From Dicyema japonicum (Eukaryota; Animalia; Dicyemida): a DNA stretch of 64,000 bases. Positions 38,520 through 49,599 of the stretch are shown here, piece by piece (the stretch's first letter is position 1; every line of letters begins with the position of its first letter). The translations under genes and the position numbers were made by a program. The notes beneath the pieces were generated by a model. The model was not told where the DNA came from and ran no database searches. It saw only the letters and a program-made list of their open reading frames with translations. The stretch covers positions 1-64,000 of the forward strand of contig RDEW01000039.1 of assembly GCA_011109175.1 (NCBI GenBank), given 5' to 3'.

Positions 38520-38880
38520 AATTTTAATTCAGCTGTTGGGAGATGCACAAGCTATTCCCACGGACAACAGCCAACGAGAGCCTCTCTTTGAGCCATCTCG
38601 TCTCACGAAGATCACCAGTTTTGTCAGTTAGTAATTTTCCCAAATGGTTCAGGAACTTCAGCGTTTTAGGGCCAAAGTTCCCCGAAGTTTCAATCGCGAC
38701 AGGTGCGAAAATGTACCTGTCGCTGATATCCGAATATTTAGCATTTTTTACTTCCTCTGCTTGAGAAGAAGGTCTGCCCGGTGAATTATTTTTTTGCTTG
38801 GGGCGAAAGAGCAGACACAGGTCACATCCCATACAAGGTTTCGCCCTCGCTCAAAAGGAAAGGAGGTCATGCCGTCAGGG
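38520..38880 (-). mobile_element. CRE-like RLE 3' fragment
   Basis: PDGMTSFPFERG.NLVWDVTCV; EEVKNAKY..FAPVAIETSG..ERLSLAVVRGNS. Confidence 0.85.
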
Positions 38881-38994
38881 AAAAATATTAATTTATTATA
38901 TATAAAAGGAGGTCAAAATATTAATTTATTATATATATTTTTTCTGCAAAAAATATTAATTTAAATTTTTGTTCTGACGTTGTGGTGTGCGTAA

Positions 38995-39812
38995 ATGGGG
39001 AAAGGTTTTCATAATTACATGTGCAAGAAGTTTTTTCACCCCCAAAATCCAGAAAATATAGAAAAAGTTTATAATAAATTTTAATATCTTAAATTAGATC
39101 TGGATTGCTCAACAGAAAGATGAATATGAGAAAAAGAGGCAGTACGACCTAAACGAACAGTACAAACGTGAACAGGACATGCTTGAAAACAAAGCTCTGC
39201 TTGGAGACAAAAAAGCAATCTACGGGATCAGTTTTCTTTACGACCCACCACCTGGTCTGCTCGATAAAGAGGACAAAAGTGAAGTGGAGGTGAAGTTCGA
39301 ATGGCAGCGAAAATACAACGCCCCACGTGAAATGTAATAATTTTTATAACTCCCAGATTTGCGAAAAAATAACACAGAATTGTTGGACAGGCCTTTCGGG
39401 ATTGAAGTGAGGAACGTCCGCTGTATAAAATGCCACAAATGGGGTCACATTTGCACGGATTCTGTCTGTGAGTTCTACAGACTGGACCTTACCATGGAGC
39501 CCTCAATTCGTAATAAGTTTGTTGATTGTAGCCAACCCCATGACGAACCTGAAGGAAGCTATGAAGAATCACATCACAAAGTCGTCTATAAAGGCTTCCC
39601 AGTCGAAGACTTCTGTTTCTGGAAAAGATTAAAGGCAAATATGTATTTTTGGGTTTAAATTGGTAGAGGAAACTCCTTACGATGGACAAGAATGATAAGG
39701 AAGTTAAGTTCCTTTTGTCTCTTAACAAAAGACAAGTCAAGCAGCTATACAAGTTGTTTTAATACTTATTGTCAGGCAATTGCAGAAGGTGAAGGCTGAA
39801 CAGACTAGTTAA
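38995..39812 (+). CDS. CIR1: CIR1 (corepressor interacting with RBPJ / CWC25-like N-terminal domain), at least one apparent frameshift
   Basis: [16 protein letters not shown] / intron 39067-39097 / [26 protein letters not shown] / 39334-39356 / [20 protein letters not shown] / 39510-39531 / ..EVKFLLSL / 39753-39775 / ..TS*; extra A in run 39364-39369 and an unresolved junction near 39625-39690. Confidence 0.9.
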
Positions 39813-39869
39813 TTTGTTTAATTTTATTAAATTGATTTTTTAGTTTTTTTACTAAAATAATAATAAAGT

Positions 39870-40790
39870 TATTTGTTATGATGAGGTCACCATTCCATAG
39901 GGACTCCACAGGGAGACCACTGTCACCTATATTTTTTGTCATATACCTTGAAGCTGCTCTATGGGAATCAAAACCAATAATGGGTGAAAAGACAAACATT
40001 ATTGCGTATGCTGACGACGTAGACTATTTCAAACGACAAAATATCGCTCATCCACTTGTTGGAAGAAGTGCCTGGAAGACTAGCCGAATGGTTCCTAACA
40101 GTAAATCCAGACAAGACTGAGTTAACTGAACTCAAGAGAGAATAAAAAGGACGGGGAGCACTTGGCGCAAGTGAAAAAGCTTGGCTCTCCTCCTAGGAGA
40201 CCATGAAGACATTACAGAAGGAAAACCTTAGCACAAACTGCCCTCTCCAGACTGAAGAACACCTGGCTCCACAAAAGGGCCTTGACATTATAACAAAAAC
40301 TCGATTGTACAACTCGCTTGTGAAACCCATACTACTGTTATAACGCTGGTACCTGGGCCTGCTCAAGAAATGAACTGCTTAATGCGTTTCATAGAGACCA
40401 ACTACAACATATGATGTTCGAAAGAAGTGATACGAGAATGTCATCTAATTTTCTCTATAAAAGGACGAGGACCTCTGAAATTTCAAATGAAATTCTGGAT
40501 ACACGATGGAGGCTTTTCGGCCATATTCTGCGACTAGACCTAGATGCCCCCGCGAACGTAGCCATGGAGGATTACTTCATATTGGAAGCCCCCGTTTCCG
40601 TGGTCGCTCAAGGACGACACTGCCAGTCGTTCTCGAAAGAAATGGGACGCATCTTGGAAGTGGAGAGGATCTTGACTGGTTGCGCACTGTGCTTTGAATA
40701 GGAGGAAGTGGATGAAATTAACTAGTGATTTGCTAACTCGTGTTGCACAAGCTTTGTCAAGTCCTATGACATAGCGATGAGTGCTAATAA
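39870..40790 (+). mobile_element. RTE subfamily B, 5'-truncated
   Basis: PLSPIFFVIYLEAAL, AYADDV, WRLFGHILRL; 3' end GACATAGCGATGAGTGCT plus (TAA)n; near-identical to 51340-52445. Confidence 0.9.
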
Positions 40791-40794
40791 TAAT

Positions 40795-41100
40795 AAGGTC
40801 TCCATTATGGCCTGCAGGCATAGGACACGCAATGAGAGTTACCTTTCATGATTGCAAGCCCAATGTCTTGGAAGAGCCTTCCTATACCACTGACGTGCCT
40901 ATACCGAGATAAATTAGATTATTTCTAAACTCACCCTTCCGAGGCCCTGCAATGCACATGATTAACCTGATATACTCAGACATGTCTTTTTAGTATTTGA
41001 TTTTTAGTGGAACCTCTCTAAGCGGCATAGAATTTGTAAATACGATGGGAGATCTGCGCCTTCTTTAATTTTAGAGACATCATTGGATCTACCTAACTCA
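40795..41100 (-). mobile_element. CRE-like 3' end, tail-to-tail with the RTE copy
   Basis: RLFQDIGLAIMKGNSHCV matches the CRE C-terminal LFQRISLAI.RGN motif; tail overlaps the RTE (TAA)n. Confidence 0.55.
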
Positions 41101-43419
41101 GGAGACGTCCAATGCATGGCCGGGATCCAAAATGGATTTTACACTTCCCTAATAGAAGTTTTCCATCTGGTGGATACTTGGACGAGACATGATGACGAAA
41201 TAGGACACGGCCCATTCTGACGGGGTACTGGATAAAGCCTACTTCAGAAATATCATAGGTTATTCCATAAAAAGTCCAAGCCTTTTAAACCTTTTAAAAA
41301 TCGTGAGGGTACAGGAGGCATCTCTGGGTCATGATTTCTATTAAAAAGATTCACGTGTCGTGAGTCTATCAAACAATCACTTCAAGTGATAAAACGGAAG
41401 ATTAAGACCTTTATCCGTCATGGGGAATTAAAATGTTTCACAAGATAAAAGTACGTCATCCGTTGACCTCCAAATAAATTACATTCTGGAGTAATCTAAG
41501 GTTTATGCAAGATTCCTCAGTTCTGTGTGATCATTGTGGGAAATTTCTTAGATAGGTTCAACTTGAATATCTGAAATTCAGATGCAGTGTATGTGTTCTA
41601 TAAGACATGTGCTTCGCCGCATGGGAGTTTTGTTGGTTCTTAGTTTGTAAATATCAGTACAGGTGATGGTTTTACTGAACAGAGACATTGTGCGAGAATT
41701 CGGGCGTTTTATGCGTTAATAATGGTGTCAAAGCCTTAAGCTGTTGATTTATGTGTTGTGATGTTTTGACTATTATTTTGTAGGATTTCCTCATTGTGAT
41801 GAATGACATCTGCTTTAAGGTTAACTTGTCCACCTTTAGAAATATCAACTTTGACATTCCACCAAATTTTTGTAATGATTACAATGTTATAAAAATCCAA
41901 AAACAATATGTTACATGCAACTTTACAAACATAGATTGAAGAAGTTTCATCTTTATAGTGTAAAATTCCTTCGGAAAAAGTTAAAAAGGTTGGATAATTA
42001 GGGTCAAGTAATGGTTCCAGATATTCTAATTTTTTTCTTTTTGGACGAGAGAATTAGCTATTTGTTGTAGAAACGTAAACTCTGCATTTCAAGGCCACCA
42101 GTGGCATGATCTTCGTGTCCCAATAATAGTTGTCAATGGGGGGGGGGGGAATCTCTAGGCTGGATTTTAAAAGACAAATTTTCTGAATTCAAAAAAATCA
42201 ATAAAATTATATAAATAACATTAAGAACATTCAAGAATTAACTCGGTTTCAAACTTCATGCTGACAGCTAGTCACCCAGAATCACCCTCAGTGAGAGCCA
42301 AAACCCTCAAGGAAACAACATGTGATCTTAGGGGAAAATTCGCCTTCGAACCTGTACGACCAAAATTCGGGGAACATAAGATCCAAATTACTTCCCTTTT
42401 TATGTGCCATCTGATCGTTGATAGCAAAAAAAGATGGACAACCAAGAAGAGGAATGGCTAATTTCCATACAAATGGTAAGAGGGAACGTAGTTTAATGAC
42501 GAGAGCTTTGTTATAATTAAAGAGATTTTTTTAACTTAATAAATTTAAATTTTTTTTAATATTAAAAAAATTAATCAAAAACTTGATTGAATATAAAAGC
42601 CTGGGCGCACCTTCTCTGTTATTCACCCATTGTTTTAAGATTACATCCAACCGAACTGAAAGAAAGGGACCTCAATTCAATCATCAAGAGAAATGCCTCT
42701 AAATACTAAACTGGTGAGTGCAGAGAAGTCTTTCGATCGCTGATTATTTATCCTCATCATCCAGGATCAAGAAAGACAAGTGAGATCTACGCAAAAAAGT
42801 GAAGAAGGTCATGGTCGGGGACATTCGGGGATCCCTACCACGCTCTCAAGCAACGAAAAGGTTCTTTCACCAACTAAAGAAACCTTCGAGCTCATCATCC
42901 AAAAAATTCCACCCGCCCCGTCGGATCTACGCAAGACAGAAATTGGGAAGGACATTCCACATTTGGCAACCACCACAGGTGATATATGATCTGCTATTTC
43001 ATCCTTCGCAGTAGTGCTATTTGGTTGGCCTACTTCCGAGTCAAATGAAAGACCTTACTTCTGCCACAACCGCCGATATGGGGAACTCCCTCATTAATTC
43101 AATAAAGAATGAACAAGCTTTATGCCCAAAGATTATAGACAAGATAAACCTGAGCTTAACAAGCATCGATAGCTTCTGCATCGACGAACGAAAGTGGTGC
43201 ACGGATGCGACATCATAAGGATTTGGATTTTCAAAAGTTTCCGGACTCAATTGAAAACGTAGAAGCGATTTCAACATCGCTGTAGCTTTTTTCCTTTTTT
43301 TCTTGATTTAATTTATAATGGAACCCTTCAAGTTCACACAGACACCAAGATATTGTAACTGTTCCATGCATTTGATTGTTCCATATTAATACAAATTTTT
43401 GACTTACTTCTGTCATTCA

Positions 43420-43630
43420 CAATCCATGAAGCAGTTCACTTTTCAATAGATAAGGATAGACTTTATCTCGGCACCAACATTTAATTTTTTTCGATATAAT
43501 GGCATTCAGCATTTTGAAGACAGTCAGGGGGATAAAATCCCATCCCGGAGCTTTATTTTTGCATCCATTAATAGCAAGAATTATCTCCTCCGTAGAAATC
43601 GTTCGACACAAAGGCCCCTCCACAAGCGAA
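43420..43630 (-). mobile_element. I/Jockey-like RT fragment
   Basis: ISTEEIILAINGCKNKAPGWDFIP parallels the 12972-13307 ORF. Confidence 0.65.
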
Positions 43631-43811
43631 GATGACTCTTCTTCAGGTAACTAACTGTTCTTTTTTAAACACGGAAACTAAATATATATTAAAAATATAA
43701 ATAAAATATTTATTGTCACCGTCCGCACGTGGAACTCCATCGATTTTTTTGCATTTTTATAACATTTTTTCTGACTCTAATTATTTTATTTAGTTAAATA
43801 CACCATTTTTG

Positions 43812-44480
43812 GAGTAGGTTGCAAGAGGCAAATGTGTCGGTGCAGGTAACGTCCAAGACAAGAAGTTTCCCGGCTTCAAAAGGGAAGATTGTCATCCCAT
43901 CTGGTCGTTTCCCGTCCCGCTTGCAAAGGCCGACAGGTTCGAGCACGGAGGGGTGTCAGGCTGCGTCCAAAGATCGCCGTGCCGATGTGGCATCCTGATA
44001 GACTGTTATGGCCTGAACCCTCTCGCCTGCAAGAAGAGCGCTGGAAAATTTCCAAGGCACAAGACCCTGAATGAGATTGTCAAACGGACTATGGATGCTG
44101 CTGGATACTCGGCCATTCTTGAACCGGTCGGGTTATGCAGAAGTGACTGGAAACGACCGGACGGGATGACCATCGAGGTCAAGAAACCACTTGTTGGGAC
44201 GTGACATTTACAGATACGTTAGCTCTGAGCAATCTTCACGAGTGCGCTTCGAGGACCTGCTCTGCAGCCATCATAGCGGAGAAGGCCAAACTCTAAAAAT
44301 ACGGCGGCCTTCCCGATAATGTCCAATTTGTTCCCCTTGCTATGGAGACTTCCGGATCCTACTCCCCTTCTACATTTCGTCTTGGAAGCCGGATCACCTC
44401 ATGCACTGGAGATCTCTGCAAACGCCGCTGGCTGTTCGAGCGAATTTCGCTCGCAATTCTGAGAGGGAACAGCCACGCAG
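43812..44480. mobile_element. Two CRE-like RLE fragments head-to-head (minus 43812-43968; plus 43970-44480)
   Basis: Minus part is similar to 2075-2225; plus part reads CRCG..LACKKSAGKFPRH..EPVGL..PDGMT..LFERISLAILRGNSHAV. Confidence 0.85.
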
Positions 44481-44631
44481 TATCTAATGTTTTGTCCTTT
44501 TTTTTATTTGATTTAATAGAATCGAAAATTAACTTTTAATATTAAATAGTTAACTCCTTTCTTGGTGTAGCCTTTTCGGGGTTATCAAATAAGTAATAAA
44601 TAGCGTTAAAACTACTACTCAAACAAAAAAC

Positions 44632-44990
44632 TGAAACCCTAACCTTATCCTTAATCCCAAATCCTAACCCAAATCCGTATCCCTAAACCTTATCTTAACT
44701 CTAATCGCGAACCCTAAAGCAAATCCCTATCCTTAATATCTAACCCTAATCCCTAAGTTTAAACCCTAACTTTAACCATAGTTTTTAATCCTTAAACCTA
44801 AAAATATCATAGAACTTATCGTTTAACCATGTCTAATTCTAATGTTAACCATAACTTTGACAAATTCAAATCCCTTTCGTAAAAAATAGCTAACTTTGAT
44901 CTCATCCCTAAGCAATATTCAACATCAACCATAATCAATACCTAATCTCATTCCCAATCAATAACTAAATCTAATCTCCACATTAACCCG
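44632..44990 (+). repeat. Degenerate (CCCTAA)n telomere-like interstitial array
   Basis: Hexamer periodicity with several CCCTAA/CCTAA units (44634-44790), decaying toward 44990. Confidence 0.6.
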
Positions 44991-45022
44991 GAAAAATTAA
45001 AAAATATTTCTTGAATGGAAAA

Positions 45023-45646
45023 TCATTTAAAATACTCTTTTAACTCGACTTTGGTGACTATCATTATTTCAGAGTTGCCACCATCCATGTGGATCATAGT
45101 TCCTTGCATATCCACTACTAGATAAACCGTAGTGTCCAAGTGCTCATGTAATGGACCTTTTTTCGTTGTTTGATTGTAATCACAGTCCATTCGTATAATA
45201 ACTCTGTCTCCTACATTCACGATTCTTCATCATTTTTCCATCTTCTTGTCTTTCGCATTTTTTTGTGCAGCTACCAAAGTATGCCTTCGAGCAGAATCCC
45301 GTGTCAAAGATAATCCAGTCCATTAAAAATCTTAAATGGAGCGTGTATGGTGGTCTCGTTATTGGTAGTATTGCAACTAACTACAATATCTCCCAGACTG
45401 CATTGATATTTTCCCAGATTCCTTCAGTAGAAGAAAAGGATGATAAGAATTTTTTAGAGATTGACTTAACCTATACACTATTACATAAATGGTACCTCTC
45501 AACCTGGCCTTGAACCCACGGTGCTCTTGGACTTCCAAAAATATACTCTTTCTTGAAAGCGACACATCTAGATATCCATTTTCTGGATATTCTATTATTT
45601 GACGCAACTCATCAATGTTCAACTTGAAGCTTAAAACCATGTCCAA
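45023..45646 (-). mobile_element. Possible Ginger/rve-type integrase C-terminal relic
   Basis: ..TTIHAPFKIFNG (YN..H..TP-like) and VGDRVIIRMDCDYNQTTKK C-terminal segment; disrupted. Confidence 0.35.
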
Positions 45647-45729
45647 AAATAAAATAATTTTTTTTATTTTTAAATATTATAAATCTACCCCACTTTATTT
45701 AACAACAACAATAAAAAAGTTAATATATT

Positions 45730-48700
45730 TAATCAACAACCTTCCTCGCCTGCCTGTTCGCCAGCCTCCTCAGGCAGGTTCGATTCTGGTTGCTGAAACA
45801 ACTCCGAGAGCGCTTGTCTAATTGAACCCTCTGCCCATATGGCATCTCAGGGCTCTGCCTCCTATACTCCAGTGTTAGGCTCTCTAGGGTCCGCTTTAAC
45901 ACAGTGGACTGTAGATAGGCCTGGAGCTTCCTATCTACCCCTAACTGCTTCAGATAACTCTTGTGTTACTTTGTTGCAATTCCTTCCCACGTCATTACTA
46001 TATGAATAACGAGGACCTTGCAACCAAGCATCTGCCACATCTCGTTTGCAAGAAAGTCATACCTCCTTTTTTTCTCCACCTCCACAGTCTGCAAACGGTC
46101 TTGAGACGTGATGCCAACCTTTATGATAAGGACTTGGCCAGACTCCTTATCGTGTACCACAATGTCAAGGTTTATTGTGCTTGACTAGCACCGAGGTACG
46201 GATAACACTGTCTACCTTAATTTGGACCCTGGTGTTCTCTATTACAGATTGCACCTTATGAGTCGCGAATACCATACTTATTGCATAGTAGAAGATGAAG
46301 ACTCCTTACTACCTCGTTGTGCCTCCACACATAGTCGTGGCAGAGCATGGATCCACATCGAGTGGCTAAATGATCAACCGACATGCTCCTTGACTTACAG
46401 TGGGGACATGTATTTGTTGATCGACCCCAAAAAATATTGCGGTCTTGCATATACGTGTACAACGCCTCCGATCGAGGTGAGTTGTCACCGTATTTTAGCC
46501 ATATTGTCGACGACTTAAGGTCGACATGTGGGTTGTCCAATGCTCTGAAGAGGACCTTATGAAGGCTTTTTAAGTTGATCTTTTCCATCAAATTATTATA
46601 TTGTAATTCGATCAACGCCTTCACATTTACTAGCCCACCATCATCAACACCATACTTAGCAGACAAAAAAGGTCTGATAGTGCCTAGGTGGGTTGCCCGT
46701 GTTTTCTCGGTCGTTATTATGGCGTGCTTCCTAGCAGACACACTTGACCCAGCTATCAGGGTGTCGTGCATTCGCATTAGGATACGCTCACTTAGTTGGA
46801 CTACTCCACACAGTCCACGGCCGAATTTATCACGGGGTAAATATAGTCTCTCCTTATTGGCTGCCACACATGGACATGGTTCTCTCTGAGTACTCCACGG
46901 ATCATAACATCCATCTCATCATACTCTTTGGGCTCAAACTCCACAACACCTATGTAGTAGTTTAGCAGCGAGACAGCATACTCATTTAATGCTAGGAACA
47001 AATTCCTTGCATTTAGAGACGTCTTACACAATAACGCTGCTCTTTTACGGATGCCTTCAGTAATTTGTCGCTTTGTCTCAGGCATTATAAGGGACTTTGG
47101 AGATTCGGTAACACCCAGATACTTATATCCTTCGTGTTCCTCTAGGACTCTTACTAACTCGCTACATACTTGCGTGTTAGTCGCAGACTTTGAATAATTC
47201 AAATCTAGCCCTATACTCTCAAAGAATTCCCTGGCACAGACCCCCATGGAGTAGAGCTCCTCGGCTGTTCGAGCATACATCTTCAGTCATCGATAAAAAG
47301 AAGGTGATTTGTACTGAAACAGACCCCTTCACAATGAACTGGTATTTGCTCAAACCGGTCATTGAGGCGGCGACTCAATGGCTCCAAACAGAGAACAAAG
47401 AGTAGCGGAGACATGCTATCCCCTGAAGGATCCCCCTCTTGAGTTTTACCTCGCCTATCCGGTGCCTATTATAGTTCAGATGAATACTCCACCTATTCAT
47501 CACAGCCACTACAAAGCTGATGAACCACACAGGCATACACAGACTGTGTAGGCACTCGACAAGGTAAGAATGATCAACTGAATCGTAAGCCTTCTTCACA
47601 TCCACCCACATAGACAAAAGTGAGTTTCCGTGAGACACAGAAAGGCATTTGTTGATCAAAGCCTGCTCTTTTGCCCCCTGACAATTTCGCACAGTTCCCA
47701 ACTGATTCTCGGAGAGAATCCCATTTGCGTCTACAAAGCTCCTGACCTCATTAGCCCCAATTTGGTCATCAGCTTATACAGGGTTGGCATGCAGGTTATC
47801 GGTCGATAATCTGCAGCAGACTGGGGGTTGTCCAGCTTTGGGATCAAATAAGTTGTCCCTGTGCATGCCCAATCAGGAATCGTTTCCGGGTTAGTGATGC
47901 TTTTCTGTAATACACGACACATAGACTCGTGTAATGAAGTGCATCTTTTGATAAAGAAATTATAAACTTTATCGACCCCGGTCGTCTTCCAATCAGGGAG
48001 ATGTCTCACTACCGCCTCAAATTTCTTGCGAAAATCGAAAATTCCGCAAATTCCGCCAAAGAAAGGAGCGGCGCTGTACGGGACATTCCACGCATTTCCT
48101 CTGCGTGGTTTAGCCTCCCACATACTACCCCATGTGGAAAGCATTTCCGCGTCCTGCTGGGAACATACACTATGGCCATTTTCGTGTAGGCGACGGTAAA
48201 ACAATCTGCGATTAAACTCAAACAGATTATTTTCTCTCCTTCTCTTACACCGACTTTCATGTGTATAGAGTTTCCTCTTATACACCATTATTGCCCCCTC
48301 TAACTCCACCTTTGCCCTCCTCAACTCTTTGAGGTCCCATTTGGGAACACGGAGTTTACTAATTAGCCCCTTTACTATAGCCGGTGCTTTTCCTCTAACC
48401 CCTCTCGCCACACTACTTATGTGCCCCTCCAGTGCTTCCAGCTCAGTCTGTCTCCAAGCAATCTTGGCACAGATCTGCTCCCTCCATTTACTGGGTGGTC
48501 TGGGCTTGTCCGTCAATTCCTCATAGGTGATCTGTGCTGCATACAGCACTAGGGAGATGTCACCCAATGACCCTACTGGCTTGGCCTCCACCGCATAAGC
48601 CACAGCCTTATTGATGCAGGTTAACACTACACCGTTAACCTTACAATGAGGAATCTTGCGGGTAAATCTACGGTCCTCAAGTGGGACATCTGCCGCTTCA

Positions 48701-49100
48701 GCGAGATTCCGCGCAAAGACCTCATAAACATGCTTGAGCTGCAACGTATCACAGCACTGGTGCTCGTGATCTCTTTGACAGTTGTGGTCACCTGGTCCCC
48801 GCCCCTTTAGACCAGTACCCTCTTTGCCTACAGGCATCTTCTTGAGTTCACCCACAGATATAGCAGTACTGAATCTGCCACTGCAGAGCTCCGCCAAGTA
48901 TGGCCATCCATTCCAGGGCATTCGACATAGCCTGCTACGTACCTGCAGGACTACCTGCCTCGCCCATTCTTTTGGGTCATCTGCCACAACGCTCTCGGAT
49001 ATGGCAAGAATTACATTCATACCATCAGGTAACGCAAGTGACCCTTCTCCTTTTTTCCTTTCAACATTTTTGCCAACTCGAGAGAGTTGCATGTTTTTTA
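45730..49100 (-). mobile_element. R4/Dong-like non-LTR retrotransposon (RT + CCHC + RLE), near full length, frameshifted
   Basis: WKTTGVD, YRPITCMPTLYK, WVDVKKAYDSVDH, GILQG, YKYLG, ERLYLPRDKFGRGL, CPHC..SVDHLATRC, RHNEVVR, DIVVHDK..LII.VGIT across ORFs 47731-49092, 47375-47701, 46801-47280, 46256-46867, 45966-46160. Confidence 0.9.
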
Positions 49101-49204
49101 AATATTATAATAATAATAGCCTTTTTCACGGAGCCGTGGTATTAGCTCCGCATAGGCAGGACACACACTTTATTTTAAGTAAAAACAGTTAATTTTAACT
49201 AATC

Positions 49205-49410
49205 GTAGAACCAAGGAATGATCTTCACTTCTATTTTTCTTTTTCTTGTGTGTGGGTCCTTTCTAGACAATCCAGTTCCGCAGTGAGAGTCCACTGATGA
49301 CGGCGTCACTCGTCAAGCCTTTTTTAGCATCGTAGATGCGTGGAACCTTCCACCAGGTGAACAGCAGCGAGATTTGAACCCGTAGCCTAAGCCACTTAAG
49401 CCCGACACCT
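49205..49410 (-). mobile_element. tRNA-derived SINE, copy 3
   Basis: Head GGGCTTAAGTGGCTTAGG..GGGTTCAAATCTC (A/B-box-like), then a body shared with copies 1 and 2. Confidence 0.7.
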
Positions 49411-49599
49411 TTTATTTTGATTGGTTCTTGTTTAGTTTCCACATACAGACGGTAACATTTATTAGTCTTTATTTTATTTATTTAAATAAAAAATAAATTA
49501 GTCAACTATCCGATAGCTGTAAAAGACAGTTTTTGATGACATAAAAGAATCACTGTTATCAAATAGTAGACAATCTAGGATATAAAAAATAGTTTACAT

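Noticed and set aside
44632-44800. Asn-Pro repeat protein
   Set aside because: All frames contain stops; the periodicity is nucleotide-level
49290-49325. Hammerhead ribozyme in the SINE body (CTGATGA)
   Set aside because: No GAAA or stem II/III arrangement follows, and the motif is on the strand opposite the Pol III head
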